From: Fimbriimonadia bacterium
GTDB taxonomy: Bacteria; Armatimonadota; Fimbriimonadia; Fimbriimonadales; JABRVX01
NCBI GenBank assembly: GCA_041483895.1
Contig: JBGPGO010000003.1
Coordinates: 64,001 to 128,000 of the forward strand
Length of the DNA: 64,000 bases
Reading direction: 5' to 3'
Part shown: positions 19,285-29,564 of the stretch, piece by piece
Numbering within the stretch: the first letter of the stretch is position 1
How the letters are laid out: each line of letters starts with the position of its first letter
The notes under the pieces: generated by a model
Told to the model about the DNA's origin: nothing
Databases searched by the model: none
The model's input: the letters and a program-made list of their open reading frames with translations, nothing else
Made by a program: the position numbers and the translations under genes

Positions 19285-20358
19285 TTAATGTGGTTTGATT
19301 ACACCGAAAATACCGTCCTGCTCCTCATTTGGTCCGGCGGTGAAGTAGAGATAAAACGGATTTCCGCCGAAGAGGCCCGTGCCGAAATGAAGGCCCCAAA
19401 GACCTTCGATATGGATCGGCGAGCCGCTGCTCATGAGCGCTCCAAGCCAATCACCGGTGCTGGGATTGAAGGCGTTGATCTCCCCGTCGCCAAAATTGCC
19501 GATGAGGAGGGCTTTGCTGAATTTGCCGAATCCGGACGGCGCTGAGGCGACTCCCCATGGCGCGTTCAATGCTCCGTGCGAGATCAGCCGCTTCACCATG
19601 ACGCCATTAGTGTCGAAAACATCTACGAAGCCGAGACCGGGGCCGGATTCGTTGTCTTCGGCATTTGCATCCTGCTTGCCGAACGTTATGATTAGCCTGT
19701 CGTGCACCAACTGGATATTGAACGGCGCGTAACCGGCATCCACGGTGGGATCGGTGAACGATCCGACCTTGTTGAAATTCCGATCGAAGACGTCCACCTT
19801 GTTGTTATGGAAGTCCGTCGCGAAGAGATACGCGCCGATGCGGTTTCGCGCAAGGGCCACACCCTTGTAGATCGCGCCATCGGAAGCGGAGAACGCAACA
19901 ATGCTGTTCGCGATGTCGACGAAAGGATTCCAGCCGGAAACGCGGCCATCCTCGCCGACGAAAATCAGCCAGCTCGGGCCGTGAGAGCTACCCTCACTGA
20001 CGGCGAAACCGCCTCCATTATTCAGCACGACGCCGGTCGGCGCACTATCGCCGAACGGGGCGATATTGACCGCGTGCGGAACGATAAAGCTGAACGGCGC
20101 GCCGGAGCCTGTTTGAAATGTCGCGTTCCCAGCATGGTTGTTGGCGATGACGAAGGGCCCGAAGATCGGCGCGACGAGGCCCCAGGGATTGAGTAGATTT
20201 GGATCTATATGGTCCGCGGGCACGATGCCGTCGGATGCCAAATAGCGCACGGAATACTGCGCGGCGGCACCGTTCGCAAAGATGATGAACGCGAGTAGCC
20301 CGACAACGAAAACCGTTAAAGACTTCACAAGCCACCTCCCGAATTGAGAATTTGACAA
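19285..20358 (-). CDS. TIGR03118 family exported protein (no PEP-CTERM tail)
   Basis: NPWGL, IYKGVAL, YAPFNIQ, LNAPWGV, GNFGDG, GLWGL, LYFTAG. Confidence 0.88.
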   Translation of the reverse strand: MSNSQFGRWLVKSLTVFVVGLLAFIIFANGAAAQYSVRYLASDGIVPADHIDPNLLNPWGLVAPIFGPFVIANNHAGNATFQTGSGAPFSFIVPHAVNIAPFGDSAPTGVVLNNGGGFAVSEGSSHGPSWLIFVGEDGRVSGWNPFVDIANSIVAFSASDGAIYKGVALARNRIGAYLFATDFHNNKVDVFDRNFNKVGSFTDPTVDAGYAPFNIQLVHDRLIITFGKQDANAEDNESGPGLGFVDVFDTNGVMVKRLISHGALNAPWGVASAPSGFGKFSKALLIGNFGDGEINAFNPSTGDWLGALMSSGSPIHIEGLWGLHFGTGLFGGNPFYLYFTAGPNEEQDGIFGVIKPH

Positions 20359-20433
20359 GTTCGATGTGCGTTCGCGTATCAGAAAAGAGGCGCGCTGGTT
20401 CCGAGGAAATACAGGCTGAGAAATTAGAATCCA

Positions 20434-21462
20434 CTAGGGATTTGGGTGACGCAGAACCCGGCCGTACTCCGCCAGCGGCTGATCGCCATATCGAGCGACG
20501 TATTCGGCATCGATGAAGACGGCGAATGAAGTGACGTGCCGGATGCCGCGCCGGGTGTATTCGTGGAGTTCGCTCTCCAGCGCTTCGGTGTCGAGATCGA
20601 GTTTCTTGGCAGGCTTTTGCCAGGCGGAAAGGGCCGATACATCAAGCCAGTACTCGAGCGCCTGGGCGCCTTCCGTACCGAAGACGGCCAAGTTCTTGTC
20701 CAAAAATTCGAAGACGCGGGCATTTTCGTCCGGCCGGCGATGAAAGGGGTCTTTGAATGAACCGAGGGGAGCGAATTCCAGGAAGATGCCGCTTGCCGGT
20801 TTGATCCTCATCGGCGGTTCCAAAGTCCGTGCGTAGGCAAGATGGGCAAGTTGCGCCTTCGGATTCCATTTTCGCAATGTCGCAATCATCTCGTTCTCAA
20901 CGATCAGCGCCTTGTGGCTTTCGGAAAGGCTTTTGCACTTGGGGCAGAAGCAGCCGGGCAGAGCATCGTCGGTCCAAAAGAAATAGCGGCCGGTCGTCGA
21001 GGGCAGCCCCTGTGCCAACTCGACCGCGTTCTCCGCGACCTCTGTGAGCGCGGCCCTCGAATGGACGCAGAGGTTCATATCCGGAGTGCGATCGCCCTTC
21101 TCGTTCATCCGGTACATCTCGGGGTGCTTCTCGAACAGCGTCCGCGGCAAAAGCTCCCTCATCGCATGGAGTTCGTACTCGACCTGCAGATGCTCCGCCC
21201 GGCACTTCTGTAGAAAGACCACTCCTGCCTCCGCCGCCATGAACTGGCGTACAGCCGAGGGGGAATGCTGGTGATGAATCCCAATCGTATTCAGCCCGGC
21301 CCGCTTGGCGCGCACAGGCCAATCGGTCAGGGACAGGTCGTCCGGCGTTATGACCACTCCTCGGGTTTGCAACATTGGTTCCATTATGATCAGCTCCGGC
21401 GCCAGATAGCTCACGGCGGCAGCTTGGGCGGATAGGGTCAGGAACTCGCGCCGGGTGAGCAT
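20434..21462 (-). CDS. Tat-exported DUF4838-like protein
   Basis: MLTRREFL Tat motif; HPEMYRM, NLCVHS, CFCPKC, HLAYARTLEPP. Confidence 0.75.
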   Translation of the reverse strand: MLTRREFLTLSAQAAAVSYLAPELIIMEPMLQTRGVVITPDDLSLTDWPVRAKRAGLNTIGIHHQHSPSAVRQFMAAEAGVVFLQKCRAEHLQVEYELHAMRELLPRTLFEKHPEMYRMNEKGDRTPDMNLCVHSRAALTEVAENAVELAQGLPSTTGRYFFWTDDALPGCFCPKCKSLSESHKALIVENEMIATLRKWNPKAQLAHLAYARTLEPPMRIKPASGIFLEFAPLGSFKDPFHRRPDENARVFEFLDKNLAVFGTEGAQALEYWLDVSALSAWQKPAKKLDLDTEALESELHEYTRRGIRHVTSFAVFIDAEYVARYGDQPLAEYGRVLRHPNP

Positions 21463-21520
21463 GTAATAAACTTCTGGCAACGCCGGTAAACTCCCTGCAG
21501 TAACAAAGCGGGAGGATCAT

Positions 21521-22672
21521 TTGCCCGAAACGGTACCTGTCTTGCCGGCCGCGCCACGCGTGGTCACACTGCCCCTTCGGCGGCAGCTTCTGTTCAATGG
21601 CCTGACGTTTGGCGGCATCATCATGGTTGCGGCCGGACTCTCGGGTATGATCCTGTGCTCCCGATCGTTGCTCACCGACTGGCGGCTGTCACAGCACAAG
21701 GAGGTTGCGGAGGCGGAGATTCTGTCCGTCACCGATCGCGTCGTCAGCTCAAAGTCATCGCACCACACCGTCTACGACCACTACTATCGGTTTCTCGCGA
21801 ACCACGTTGAGCCCATCTTCGGCACGCTCACGCTCCGCTACCGATTACCGGCCAGCGAGTCGCTTGAGGTTGAATACGATCCGGAGCATCCAAAGCTCCG
21901 GCGATTCCCCACCCATACGGACCGCAGCGGCGCCATTGCCGGCATGCTGACGTTTGGCATGATCGTGTTGGTGGGCGTTGGAATTTGGTTTGGCGGCGTG
22001 GCGCGCGGGAAAAAGCGAATTAGCCTGCTGGAGTCCGGGGACGTTACAACCGGAACCATCGAAGAGGTCTATGTTTCGCGGGGGAAAACCGGCAGCTATG
22101 TGCCGCTGGGCAGCTATTTGCAGACGGTGGCGCAGGCGCGGGATCCGGTCTATCAGGCCAAAGTGATGCGCATCGTCGGCTGGGTGCTGCTCGTACTGGG
22201 GTTGGTTATCGGAACCACGATATTGTTGGTCGGCATCAAGAGTCAGAATCCGTCGAGGGCCTTGCTGATAATGCTGCCTCTATTTGTGATGATGGAAATT
22301 GGCGCATGGGCCATATTGCGGGCGGCGACGCGTTCGCGCTCAGGCATGGCGAGGCCGATCCGTTGGGCCGGAATCCCGGTCCGGTACAGCTATTCCGTGG
22401 GTGGCAATCAGTATCGCGGCACGGACAGCGTCCCGTTGACGGATGAGGTGCTTGGCGAGAACGGCAAGCTGCATGTTCTGTTTGATCCCGTCCGGCCGAA
22501 AGCGTGCGCCATGTACGCGTCGCTGCAGCCGCTTCCCACGGTCACCGAAGGCGGCGAATGGGTTGCCGCGTCCGGGACAACGCCGCAATCCCGCCCCATA
22601 GCCGCAGGGCTCATTTTCCTTGTCCCGGCAGTGACGGCATGGCTTTATTACTCTTATCTGATGTCGCGCTAA
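21521..22672 (+). CDS. Membrane protein with two DUF3592-like units
   Basis: TM helices alternating with YRF..VEYDPEHP and YSYSVGG..VLFDPVRP segments. Confidence 0.65.
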   Translation: MPETVPVLPAAPRVVTLPLRRQLLFNGLTFGGIIMVAAGLSGMILCSRSLLTDWRLSQHKEVAEAEILSVTDRVVSSKSSHHTVYDHYYRFLANHVEPIFGTLTLRYRLPASESLEVEYDPEHPKLRRFPTHTDRSGAIAGMLTFGMIVLVGVGIWFGGVARGKKRISLLESGDVTTGTIEEVYVSRGKTGSYVPLGSYLQTVAQARDPVYQAKVMRIVGWVLLVLGLVIGTTILLVGIKSQNPSRALLIMLPLFVMMEIGAWAILRAATRSRSGMARPIRWAGIPVRYSYSVGGNQYRGTDSVPLTDEVLGENGKLHVLFDPVRPKACAMYASLQPLPTVTEGGEWVAASGTTPQSRPIAAGLIFLVPAVTAWLYYSYLMSR

Positions 22673-25600
22673 CTACGGATCGCCGATCAGCGCGAAGTAG
22701 GAGAAGATCGTATTGAGATCGATCAAATCGACTTGGCCGTTTTCGTCGACGTCACCGTCGGGCCCCGCGGTCCCAAAATAGCTGAAGACCGTATTGAGAT
22801 CGACCAGATCAACCGAGTTATCATCAACGGTATCCCCATTGATCAAATCGAAGAGCAGTCCTGTGACGTCACCACTTGTAGTATCAAACGGCGTCTTCTT
22901 GCGCAGCCAGTGCGTCTGTTTTATCGCCAAGTCATATGGTCCCGCGACGTCCGGTCCATAGATCGTGAAGTTGCCATTGATATCGAAATATGCCCCAACG
23001 CTCTCGATCACGTTGGTGGTGTCAGGTTCGCGAATCTCGAAAACTCCATATCCGGGCGGAGTGGCGCTGAAGTCCAACCCATTGAAAAGCACTTGACCGC
23101 TGATCGTCGGGGGAAGGCACATGTATTCCCAAGTGTCGTTAAGCGCGCTGCCGATGTAACCGCCAAACATGACGAAGCGATGACGATTGTTGTCGAAATA
23201 TCCTTGGGGCGCGAGCCGAGGATCGGGGCCGAGAATCGAAGTCAACTTCCAGGCGACGCCGTCATATTCCCACGTATCGGACAGGTAATCGTTCGCATCC
23301 ACGCCGCCGAACAGCACTACTTTTCGGCGCAATGAATCATAGCCGATGGAAGAAAAGCGCCGGGCAGGGGGTCCGGGGATTGCCACTTGTGTCCAGGCAA
23401 CACCATCGAATTCCCAAGTATCGTTGTAGTTGGTGCCGTTATTATAGCCGCCGAAAAGAACCAAGACTCCACGATAGGAATCGTAGACCATGGCGCCCGC
23501 ATACCGGCCGGGCGGTCCCGAAATTCCAAGATCGGTCCAGCTTGTGCCATCGTATACCCAAGTGTCATCCATGAACGCGCCGCCATATCCGCCAAACAGA
23601 ACCGTCTGCCCGGTCGCATAATCAAAGGCCATGCAGGGACCGTAGCGCGCGCTTGGACCCGAGACTGAAATCTCCGACCAAGTTGTCCCGTCGAATTCCC
23701 AAGTATCGTTCATCGCCGCTGTGCGAAATCCGCCGAACAGGACCGTTACTCCCCGCCAAGTGTCAGTCGAACAACCCGCATAATAGCGACCGGTTGGCCC
23801 GGTCTGCGTCGCCAACCGCCAAGAGCTTCCAGTCCAAATCCATGTGTCGGTCGGCCAAGAACTTCCGAAATGTCCTCCAAAGACCAATGTGTTTCCGGTT
23901 AGCGGATCGGAAGCCATGCCGTGACCATACCGCGCGGGCGGCTGCGTATCTCCGACCAGTTGCCAATTCGTGCCGTCCCATTCCCATGTTTCACCCAAGA
24001 TTGAGCTCAGACCCGCGCCGCCGTATAGAACCGTTTTGCCGCGCCAGTAGTCATAGGCCATTGAATGGTATGTGATGGTGCTCGGCGCCGTGGCCGGCGC
24101 ATGGGAAGTCCAATCCGAGCCGTCGTATTCCCAAACCTGGGAGTCGACCGTACCCGCGCCGCCATAGAGGACGCAAACGCCACGAGAGGCGTCATACACC
24201 ATTCCATGCCAAATTCGTACCCCCGGTGAGTTTACGGGAGTCGCCTCGGTCCAAATCTGGTTATTGCCGTCCCATTCCCAGGTGTCAGAGTCATTGCCGG
24301 TTGCGGAACTTCCACCCTGCATGACCATCACCTGTCGATTAAGGTCATACGCCATTGCGCAGGCATATCGAGGAGAAGGTCCGGTGTCGCTGACCTGCTG
24401 CCAAGAGCTGCCATCCCACTCCCACGTGTCTCCTAGGTAGTTGCCGTCCGCGTCTAAGCCGCCATAAAGGACCGTCACGCCCCGATACCAGTCGTACGCC
24501 ATGCAGCCGTAATACCTTGCAGGCGGCCCTGTCGATGCGACTTGGGTCCATGTCGTTCCGTCGAACTCCCATGTATCGCCATAAACAATCCCATCTTTAT
24601 AGCCGCCAAAAAGCACTGTCCGATCGCGGCCGTAGTCGTAGGATAAGGTATGTAGTCCGCGCTTGCTGGGTCCCGTGGCATTGAGATTCTTCCAGCCGTA
24701 ACCATCGTACGCCCAGGTTTCTGACAACCATTTGAACCCGTCCCATCCGCCAAAGATCAGTGACCGGCTGCGGGCAAAGTCGAAAGTGCCGCCGCACACT
24801 TCGCGAGGAGTAAGAAGCGCCGGCTGATACCAAGGCGTAAAGCTGTATTCCCATGTTTCATTGAGATAGTTGAATACGCCGTTTACTCCGCCAAAAACCA
24901 CCATCTTGCCCCGCGCCTCGTCGTACACCATCGCCGAACTTGTCCGGCCGGTTGGAACGGTATCCGCTTCCTGCGTCCAATGGTTTCCGTCAAACTCCCA
25001 TGTATCGTCCTTATAGCCGTTCCCATATCCACCAAACATCACTGCATGCTTGCGAATCGAGTCGTACGCCATGACGGGCTCGTATCGCGCGGATGGACCG
25101 GAGGCAACTTCGGTCCATTGCGTTCCATCATAGACCCAGGCGTCCGACATCTGCCCGGTTGCGCCGTACCCACCGAAAATCATCACTTTTCCGTTGCCGA
25201 TGTACGCAGCCCCGTGGGTCCGGCGCGCGGGGGGCCCCGGTATGTCAATGTGCTCCCATTCGTACGTGTTGGGATTCCATTCCCAAGTGTCGTCGCGGTT
25301 CCCTGTGGCATCCTGCCCACCGAACAGAACGATGCGGCCGCGGACCGGATCGTACGTCATCGTATGGCCCCACCGTGCGCTGGGGCCGGAGGCAAAGATG
25401 GAGATGTACCAATTGTTAGTGCCCGCGTCGTAGAACCAGGTGTCACCCAGTCTTGTAAAACCGTGCGCGCCTCCAAACATCACCGTGAATCCATGATATG
25501 GGTCAAAGGCCATTGCATGACCGCTTCGCTGCCCGGGATTGGAACCGGTCTTCTGCAGCCAAGTTGATCCATTGTAGACCCAGGTCTGGTCGTTGTCTAC

Positions 25601-25795
25601 GCCGGAAACGGTGCCTCCGTAGAGAACGGAGAGCTGTTGGTAGGGATCGTAAGCCATCGCGTGACCGACACGCGCGGATGGTCCCGATATGGAAATCTGT
25701 TTCCACGTTCCGGTGCCGCATTTCTGGGCAATTGAAACCGAGAACAAGGTGACGAAAGCAACAACTAGAATGGTGGGGAGCGTCTTGCGGTGCAT
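22673..25795 (-). CDS. Exported Kelch-repeat protein (18 repeats) with C-terminal dockerin-like module
   Basis: Repeats of P.AR..H.MAYD...VLFGG...DTWE.DG..W; AAAGGAG SD; tail NGDTVDDNSVDLVDL...GDVDENGQVDLIDL. Confidence 0.92.
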   Translation of the reverse strand: MHRKTLPTILVVAFVTLFSVSIAQKCGTGTWKQISISGPSARVGHAMAYDPYQQLSVLYGGTVSGVDNDQTWVYNGSTWLQKTGSNPGQRSGHAMAFDPYHGFTVMFGGAHGFTRLGDTWFYDAGTNNWYISIFASGPSARWGHTMTYDPVRGRIVLFGGQDATGNRDDTWEWNPNTYEWEHIDIPGPPARRTHGAAYIGNGKVMIFGGYGATGQMSDAWVYDGTQWTEVASGPSARYEPVMAYDSIRKHAVMFGGYGNGYKDDTWEFDGNHWTQEADTVPTGRTSSAMVYDEARGKMVVFGGVNGVFNYLNETWEYSFTPWYQPALLTPREVCGGTFDFARSRSLIFGGWDGFKWLSETWAYDGYGWKNLNATGPSKRGLHTLSYDYGRDRTVLFGGYKDGIVYGDTWEFDGTTWTQVASTGPPARYYGCMAYDWYRGVTVLYGGLDADGNYLGDTWEWDGSSWQQVSDTGPSPRYACAMAYDLNRQVMVMQGGSSATGNDSDTWEWDGNNQIWTEATPVNSPGVRIWHGMVYDASRGVCVLYGGAGTVDSQVWEYDGSDWTSHAPATAPSTITYHSMAYDYWRGKTVLYGGAGLSSILGETWEWDGTNWQLVGDTQPPARYGHGMASDPLTGNTLVFGGHFGSSWPTDTWIWTGSSWRLATQTGPTGRYYAGCSTDTWRGVTVLFGGFRTAAMNDTWEFDGTTWSEISVSGPSARYGPCMAFDYATGQTVLFGGYGGAFMDDTWVYDGTSWTDLGISGPPGRYAGAMVYDSYRGVLVLFGGYNNGTNYNDTWEFDGVAWTQVAIPGPPARRFSSIGYDSLRRKVVLFGGVDANDYLSDTWEYDGVAWKLTSILGPDPRLAPQGYFDNNRHRFVMFGGYIGSALNDTWEYMCLPPTISGQVLFNGLDFSATPPGYGVFEIREPDTTNVIESVGAYFDINGNFTIYGPDVAGPYDLAIKQTHWLRKKTPFDTTSGDVTGLLFDLINGDTVDDNSVDLVDLNTVFSYFGTAGPDGDVDENGQVDLIDLNTIFSYFALIGDP

Positions 25796-25845
25796 ACAAT
25801 CTCCTTTGCCCGCACGGGCCGCTCATTATACACCGGAAATCACAT

Positions 25846-28398
25846 TCACGGCGACTCATCTTTCACGCAGCGAAACCCAATGGTCGCGCAACGGTCGAGG
25901 CCGGGGTGCATGAGGATAAACTTTGTATGGCTGTCCAATGGCTGCGCGCCGCCGTGGACATACCATCCGCTCCCCTTGGCGTCGAAATAGGACCCTCCGC
26001 GGATCATCACGAATCGCGTGTATCCATCGTCGCGCACGCTCTCGGTCCATTGCCAGACGTTGCCCACCATATCGTAGCATCCGAAGGGACTCCGGCCGTT
26101 TGGGAATTGCTTGACCGGTGTTGGGGTCGCGGAGGACCCGTTGCATAGGCTCGCGTCGAACGCGGCTCCCCAAGGCCATTTCCGTCCATCGCTCCCTTGT
26201 GCCGCCAGTTGCCATTCCTCTTCCGTCGGAAGGCGTTTCCCGGCCCACTTCGCAAACGCCCGCGCATCGTCCAGATCGACGTAGACGACCGGCATGTCTT
26301 TCATCTCCGTTGGACATGTCTTACCGCCCCAGTGTTTGAGAAAATTCATCTTCTCTTTCGGCTGATAATGGGTGGCTTTCAAGAATGCTTCGTACTCGCT
26401 GTTAGTTACCAAGCATTCATCAATATAGATCGGCCCGGCGGTCGCCTCAAAGTCATGTTGGATGGGATCGAACGGTCCCGTGCCGCCATAGATAAAATGA
26501 TCGAGACGCTCCGGAGCCGTGCCTGGATCGGGATAGCATCCGCACTCCCTCCGATCGTGCTGAATCTTCATGTGGAACGTCGTCTTGGGGATCGAGACCA
26601 TGCCGTTGGGCGCGGCCTTTGCGGGCGAGGTCCTTGCGACCTGCTGGGGGTCGAGGGGTTTGGGGGCGGCCCAACCTTGCTTGACGCCAACCGGCTTCAC
26701 GCCCGTCATCTGCCCAAAAGCCACAGCACCGAAGTCATTCAAACCGATGTTGAACTTGCCGTCCGAATCCAATGGGACCTTCTTTTGAGCCAGCAGGTCC
26801 CGTCCCTCCCCGCTAATGCCCTCTGCTGTCACCGATACCATCTGCAGGCGCCCGGTCCGATTCACCAGCAGATAGATGGTTCTGCCGTCGCCACTCCAAC
26901 GACTCGCGAACACGCCTGGAACCGATGTCGGCAGCCCGGGTTCCCACACGCCGGTCGCCAGCTCCTGCGCGAATTCCCGCAAAATCGGCGACAGCCTCCG
27001 CCATGTCGCCCGATCCTTATCCGAATAGAGATTCATGCTGCCAAAAATGTTGTCCCAGATCAGCATCCCGCTCCCGTTGAAAAGCGCCTGCATCATCTCG
27101 TATGAGTGATCCTTGTCCCATCGGCGGGTCTGGTGCTGCATGTGCCGCTGTTCGATCCACTTCAGCTTCAAGACGCTCGGTTCCGGGTAGCCGGGAAGCC
27201 ACTGCGCCCATGACGAGTTGCAAACGGCCAGCTCTTCCACCGATGGCGAACCTTCCGGCTCCAACGCGCTTCCGCCCTTCGCCCCGTCCAGCGCCGTCCG
27301 CAGATTGCCGGGCGCTTCCGACATCGTGTCGAGAAACACGCCGTCCGCGCCGATTGCTTTGACGATTTCCGCGAGAGCCTCATCGTCGGATGTGGGCTCC
27401 CGCCGCGTACCCACATCCCAAGGGTTATAGTCGATGAACGCCTTCACGCCCCGCTTGTGCAGGGTGTCCACGACCTTGCGGAGGCCGGGCAGGCCTCCAG
27501 GCATGTCGCGATAGAAGTCGAACTGGTTTCGCTGGTCCACCCCGATGCGAGGATACGCTTGCCACAGCACAATCGAATCCACGCCGCCAAATTGGTGCGT
27601 CAGATCATCAACGAGCTTGTCGATCTGATAACCTTTCATCGGATCGTAAAACCGGCGGTCGTACAGAAACGCGAAGTAGCACGTGAAGTTGTGCGTGGAC
27701 CAAGCGAGGTCCTTCCGGCCATAGACGGTGAGATCGAGCGGCCCGGGCTTTTTGATCGCGGCGATTGCCTTTTGTCTTGCATCGCTACCATCCAACTTGA
27801 CGACGACATTTCGCAACTCCCACATGCCGGGCATAGGGTTGCGTGTGGCATCCTGCCCGATGATCAGCCGGGCCAGGACCCTTGAGGCGTCGAAACTTGG
27901 CAAGGTCAGGTCTATGGAGAGCTTGTGCCAATCCCCGCCAGAGGGGATGCGGTGCGTCGCGAACACGGTGGACCAGTTCACCCATCCCAGCTTTTGCCGG
28001 TCGTGATAGTCCAGCGCGAAACAGATCTCGCTGTTGCCGGACAGAGATCGCGCCTCGAACTCGACCGTCACCTTCTCGCCCGGTTTCACCGCAATCCCCC
28101 GCGCTAGTTCCCAGTCCAACCGGATCCATGCGCGAACGCCCTTGTAATCGAACCGAGCCACGGTGGGCTGCACCCCACTTCGGGCGTCATCGCGCAGCTT
28201 GGCCAGCCCCGCGATCCACTGGTCCCGCGACCTGCCGGGCGCAGGCAGGCGGATGTTGGCGTAGTTGGACTCCAGCCCATAGTCCGGCGCCACCCACCGG
28301 CAGTCCGCGCCATCGGCCGTCCATGTCTGCGGGCTGAACTGAGAAATCGTTGAAGGAATTTGTATCATAGCAACGAAAAGTATGAATGAAATAACCAT
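25846..28398 (-). CDS. Exported protein with C-terminal FGE/SUMF1-like domain and a central putative hydrolase barrel
   Basis: VTNSEY, PVVYVD, RLPTEEEW, DMVGNVWQW, RGGSY, IGFRC; central FGGVDSIVLWQAYPRIGVDQRNQFD. Confidence 0.85.
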   Translation of the reverse strand: MVISFILFVAMIQIPSTISQFSPQTWTADGADCRWVAPDYGLESNYANIRLPAPGRSRDQWIAGLAKLRDDARSGVQPTVARFDYKGVRAWIRLDWELARGIAVKPGEKVTVEFEARSLSGNSEICFALDYHDRQKLGWVNWSTVFATHRIPSGGDWHKLSIDLTLPSFDASRVLARLIIGQDATRNPMPGMWELRNVVVKLDGSDARQKAIAAIKKPGPLDLTVYGRKDLAWSTHNFTCYFAFLYDRRFYDPMKGYQIDKLVDDLTHQFGGVDSIVLWQAYPRIGVDQRNQFDFYRDMPGGLPGLRKVVDTLHKRGVKAFIDYNPWDVGTRREPTSDDEALAEIVKAIGADGVFLDTMSEAPGNLRTALDGAKGGSALEPEGSPSVEELAVCNSSWAQWLPGYPEPSVLKLKWIEQRHMQHQTRRWDKDHSYEMMQALFNGSGMLIWDNIFGSMNLYSDKDRATWRRLSPILREFAQELATGVWEPGLPTSVPGVFASRWSGDGRTIYLLVNRTGRLQMVSVTAEGISGEGRDLLAQKKVPLDSDGKFNIGLNDFGAVAFGQMTGVKPVGVKQGWAAPKPLDPQQVARTSPAKAAPNGMVSIPKTTFHMKIQHDRRECGCYPDPGTAPERLDHFIYGGTGPFDPIQHDFEATAGPIYIDECLVTNSEYEAFLKATHYQPKEKMNFLKHWGGKTCPTEMKDMPVVYVDLDDARAFAKWAGKRLPTEEEWQLAAQGSDGRKWPWGAAFDASLCNGSSATPTPVKQFPNGRSPFGCYDMVGNVWQWTESVRDDGYTRFVMIRGGSYFDAKGSGWYVHGGAQPLDSHTKFILMHPGLDRCATIGFRCVKDESP

Positions 28399-28440
28399 AA
28401 AGCTAAGTCTATATCATCAAGAGGTACCAGGAGGCAAGTT

Positions 28441-29466
28441 ATGAGGTACGGTGTGTGGACTAAAATTTTGATCGCGGCTGCCGCTTTCGCCTTAATCGCC
28501 CCGGTGAATGCACATAGATTGTGGTTTCGCAACGCATCAACCGGAGAGGAAGGGCCCGGCGCAGTTCTTGCCGGCCCCGGCGATCAGATCGAGGTATGGC
28601 TGCATCTAAAGGCGTCGAAGACAGCTGCAATCCTCATGATGGTGCTTGATCTGGATGGACTCACTCTTATGTCCGATGCCGCCGCAAATACGTGGCAGTC
28701 GCAACTGGACGCTGCAATCCGACCGAATTCTGAGTGGATTTACAAGCAATATCACATGCCCATCGACGGGCCGATTTATGACTGGGCTGCTGATACATGG
28801 GACGCGGGTAAGCCGCTCGATTCCGAGAAGGGCGAGTTCTTCTTCGGTGGGAATTGGCATGGCTTTGATCTCTTTACGCAAAGAATTTTTCAATTTACTG
28901 TCCAGCCAGGCAGCGTTAGCGAGTATTTGGATTGGAAGTTTCCGGGAAGGCCTATAACGACGGGGCTGATCACCGGAATAGTTGATGGACATAACGACGT
29001 ATCGATTACCGACAATTGGGTGGTTGTCGGCGGTGGCCAAACCATGACGGGACACTTGGATCTGGAGGAAGCCGTACACCCGGAGGGCCTACGATTAATG
29101 GTGAATTTCCGGGACCCGGATACCCAAGATGTCGTTGCCAAGCGCATCGCTCGCGTCGATGCCAATGGGAATTATGCGGTGTACGGGGCTCCCGTCGGCA
29201 CATTCGACGTCGATCTCAAGCCAGGGCACTGGCTCAGCAGGATTTTTCGGAACATAACCTTGTCGGGTTCGGGGGCTACGCTGTCTGACAGTTTTTGCAA
29301 TGGTGACCTCGACGGCAACAACGTCGTTGATCTCCCCGACGCCAATCTCGTATTCACCTTCTATGGCACGGATCATCCCGATGGGGACGCGGATGCCAGC
29401 GGGGCGGTTGACCTTTCCGATTTATCGATCATCGCGGTCAACTTCGGCCTAGCCGGCGGCTGGTAG
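28441..29466 (+). CDS. Exported protein with C-terminal dockerin-like module
   Basis: Signal peptide, AGGAGG SD; tail KPGHWL...NGDLDGNNVVDLPD...GDADASGAVDLSDL. Confidence 0.85.
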   Translation: MRYGVWTKILIAAAAFALIAPVNAHRLWFRNASTGEEGPGAVLAGPGDQIEVWLHLKASKTAAILMMVLDLDGLTLMSDAAANTWQSQLDAAIRPNSEWIYKQYHMPIDGPIYDWAADTWDAGKPLDSEKGEFFFGGNWHGFDLFTQRIFQFTVQPGSVSEYLDWKFPGRPITTGLITGIVDGHNDVSITDNWVVVGGGQTMTGHLDLEEAVHPEGLRLMVNFRDPDTQDVVAKRIARVDANGNYAVYGAPVGTFDVDLKPGHWLSRIFRNITLSGSGATLSDSFCNGDLDGNNVVDLPDANLVFTFYGTDHPDGDADASGAVDLSDLSIIAVNFGLAGGW

Positions 29467-29564
29467 CACCGAAGTTCGGTTCGCAACAGGTCTGGGAGTA
29501 ATGCAGGGGAAGTGTCGTCGGCGTCGAATTCCGTCGTCAGCATGGATGAAGGGCGGTCGGACAT

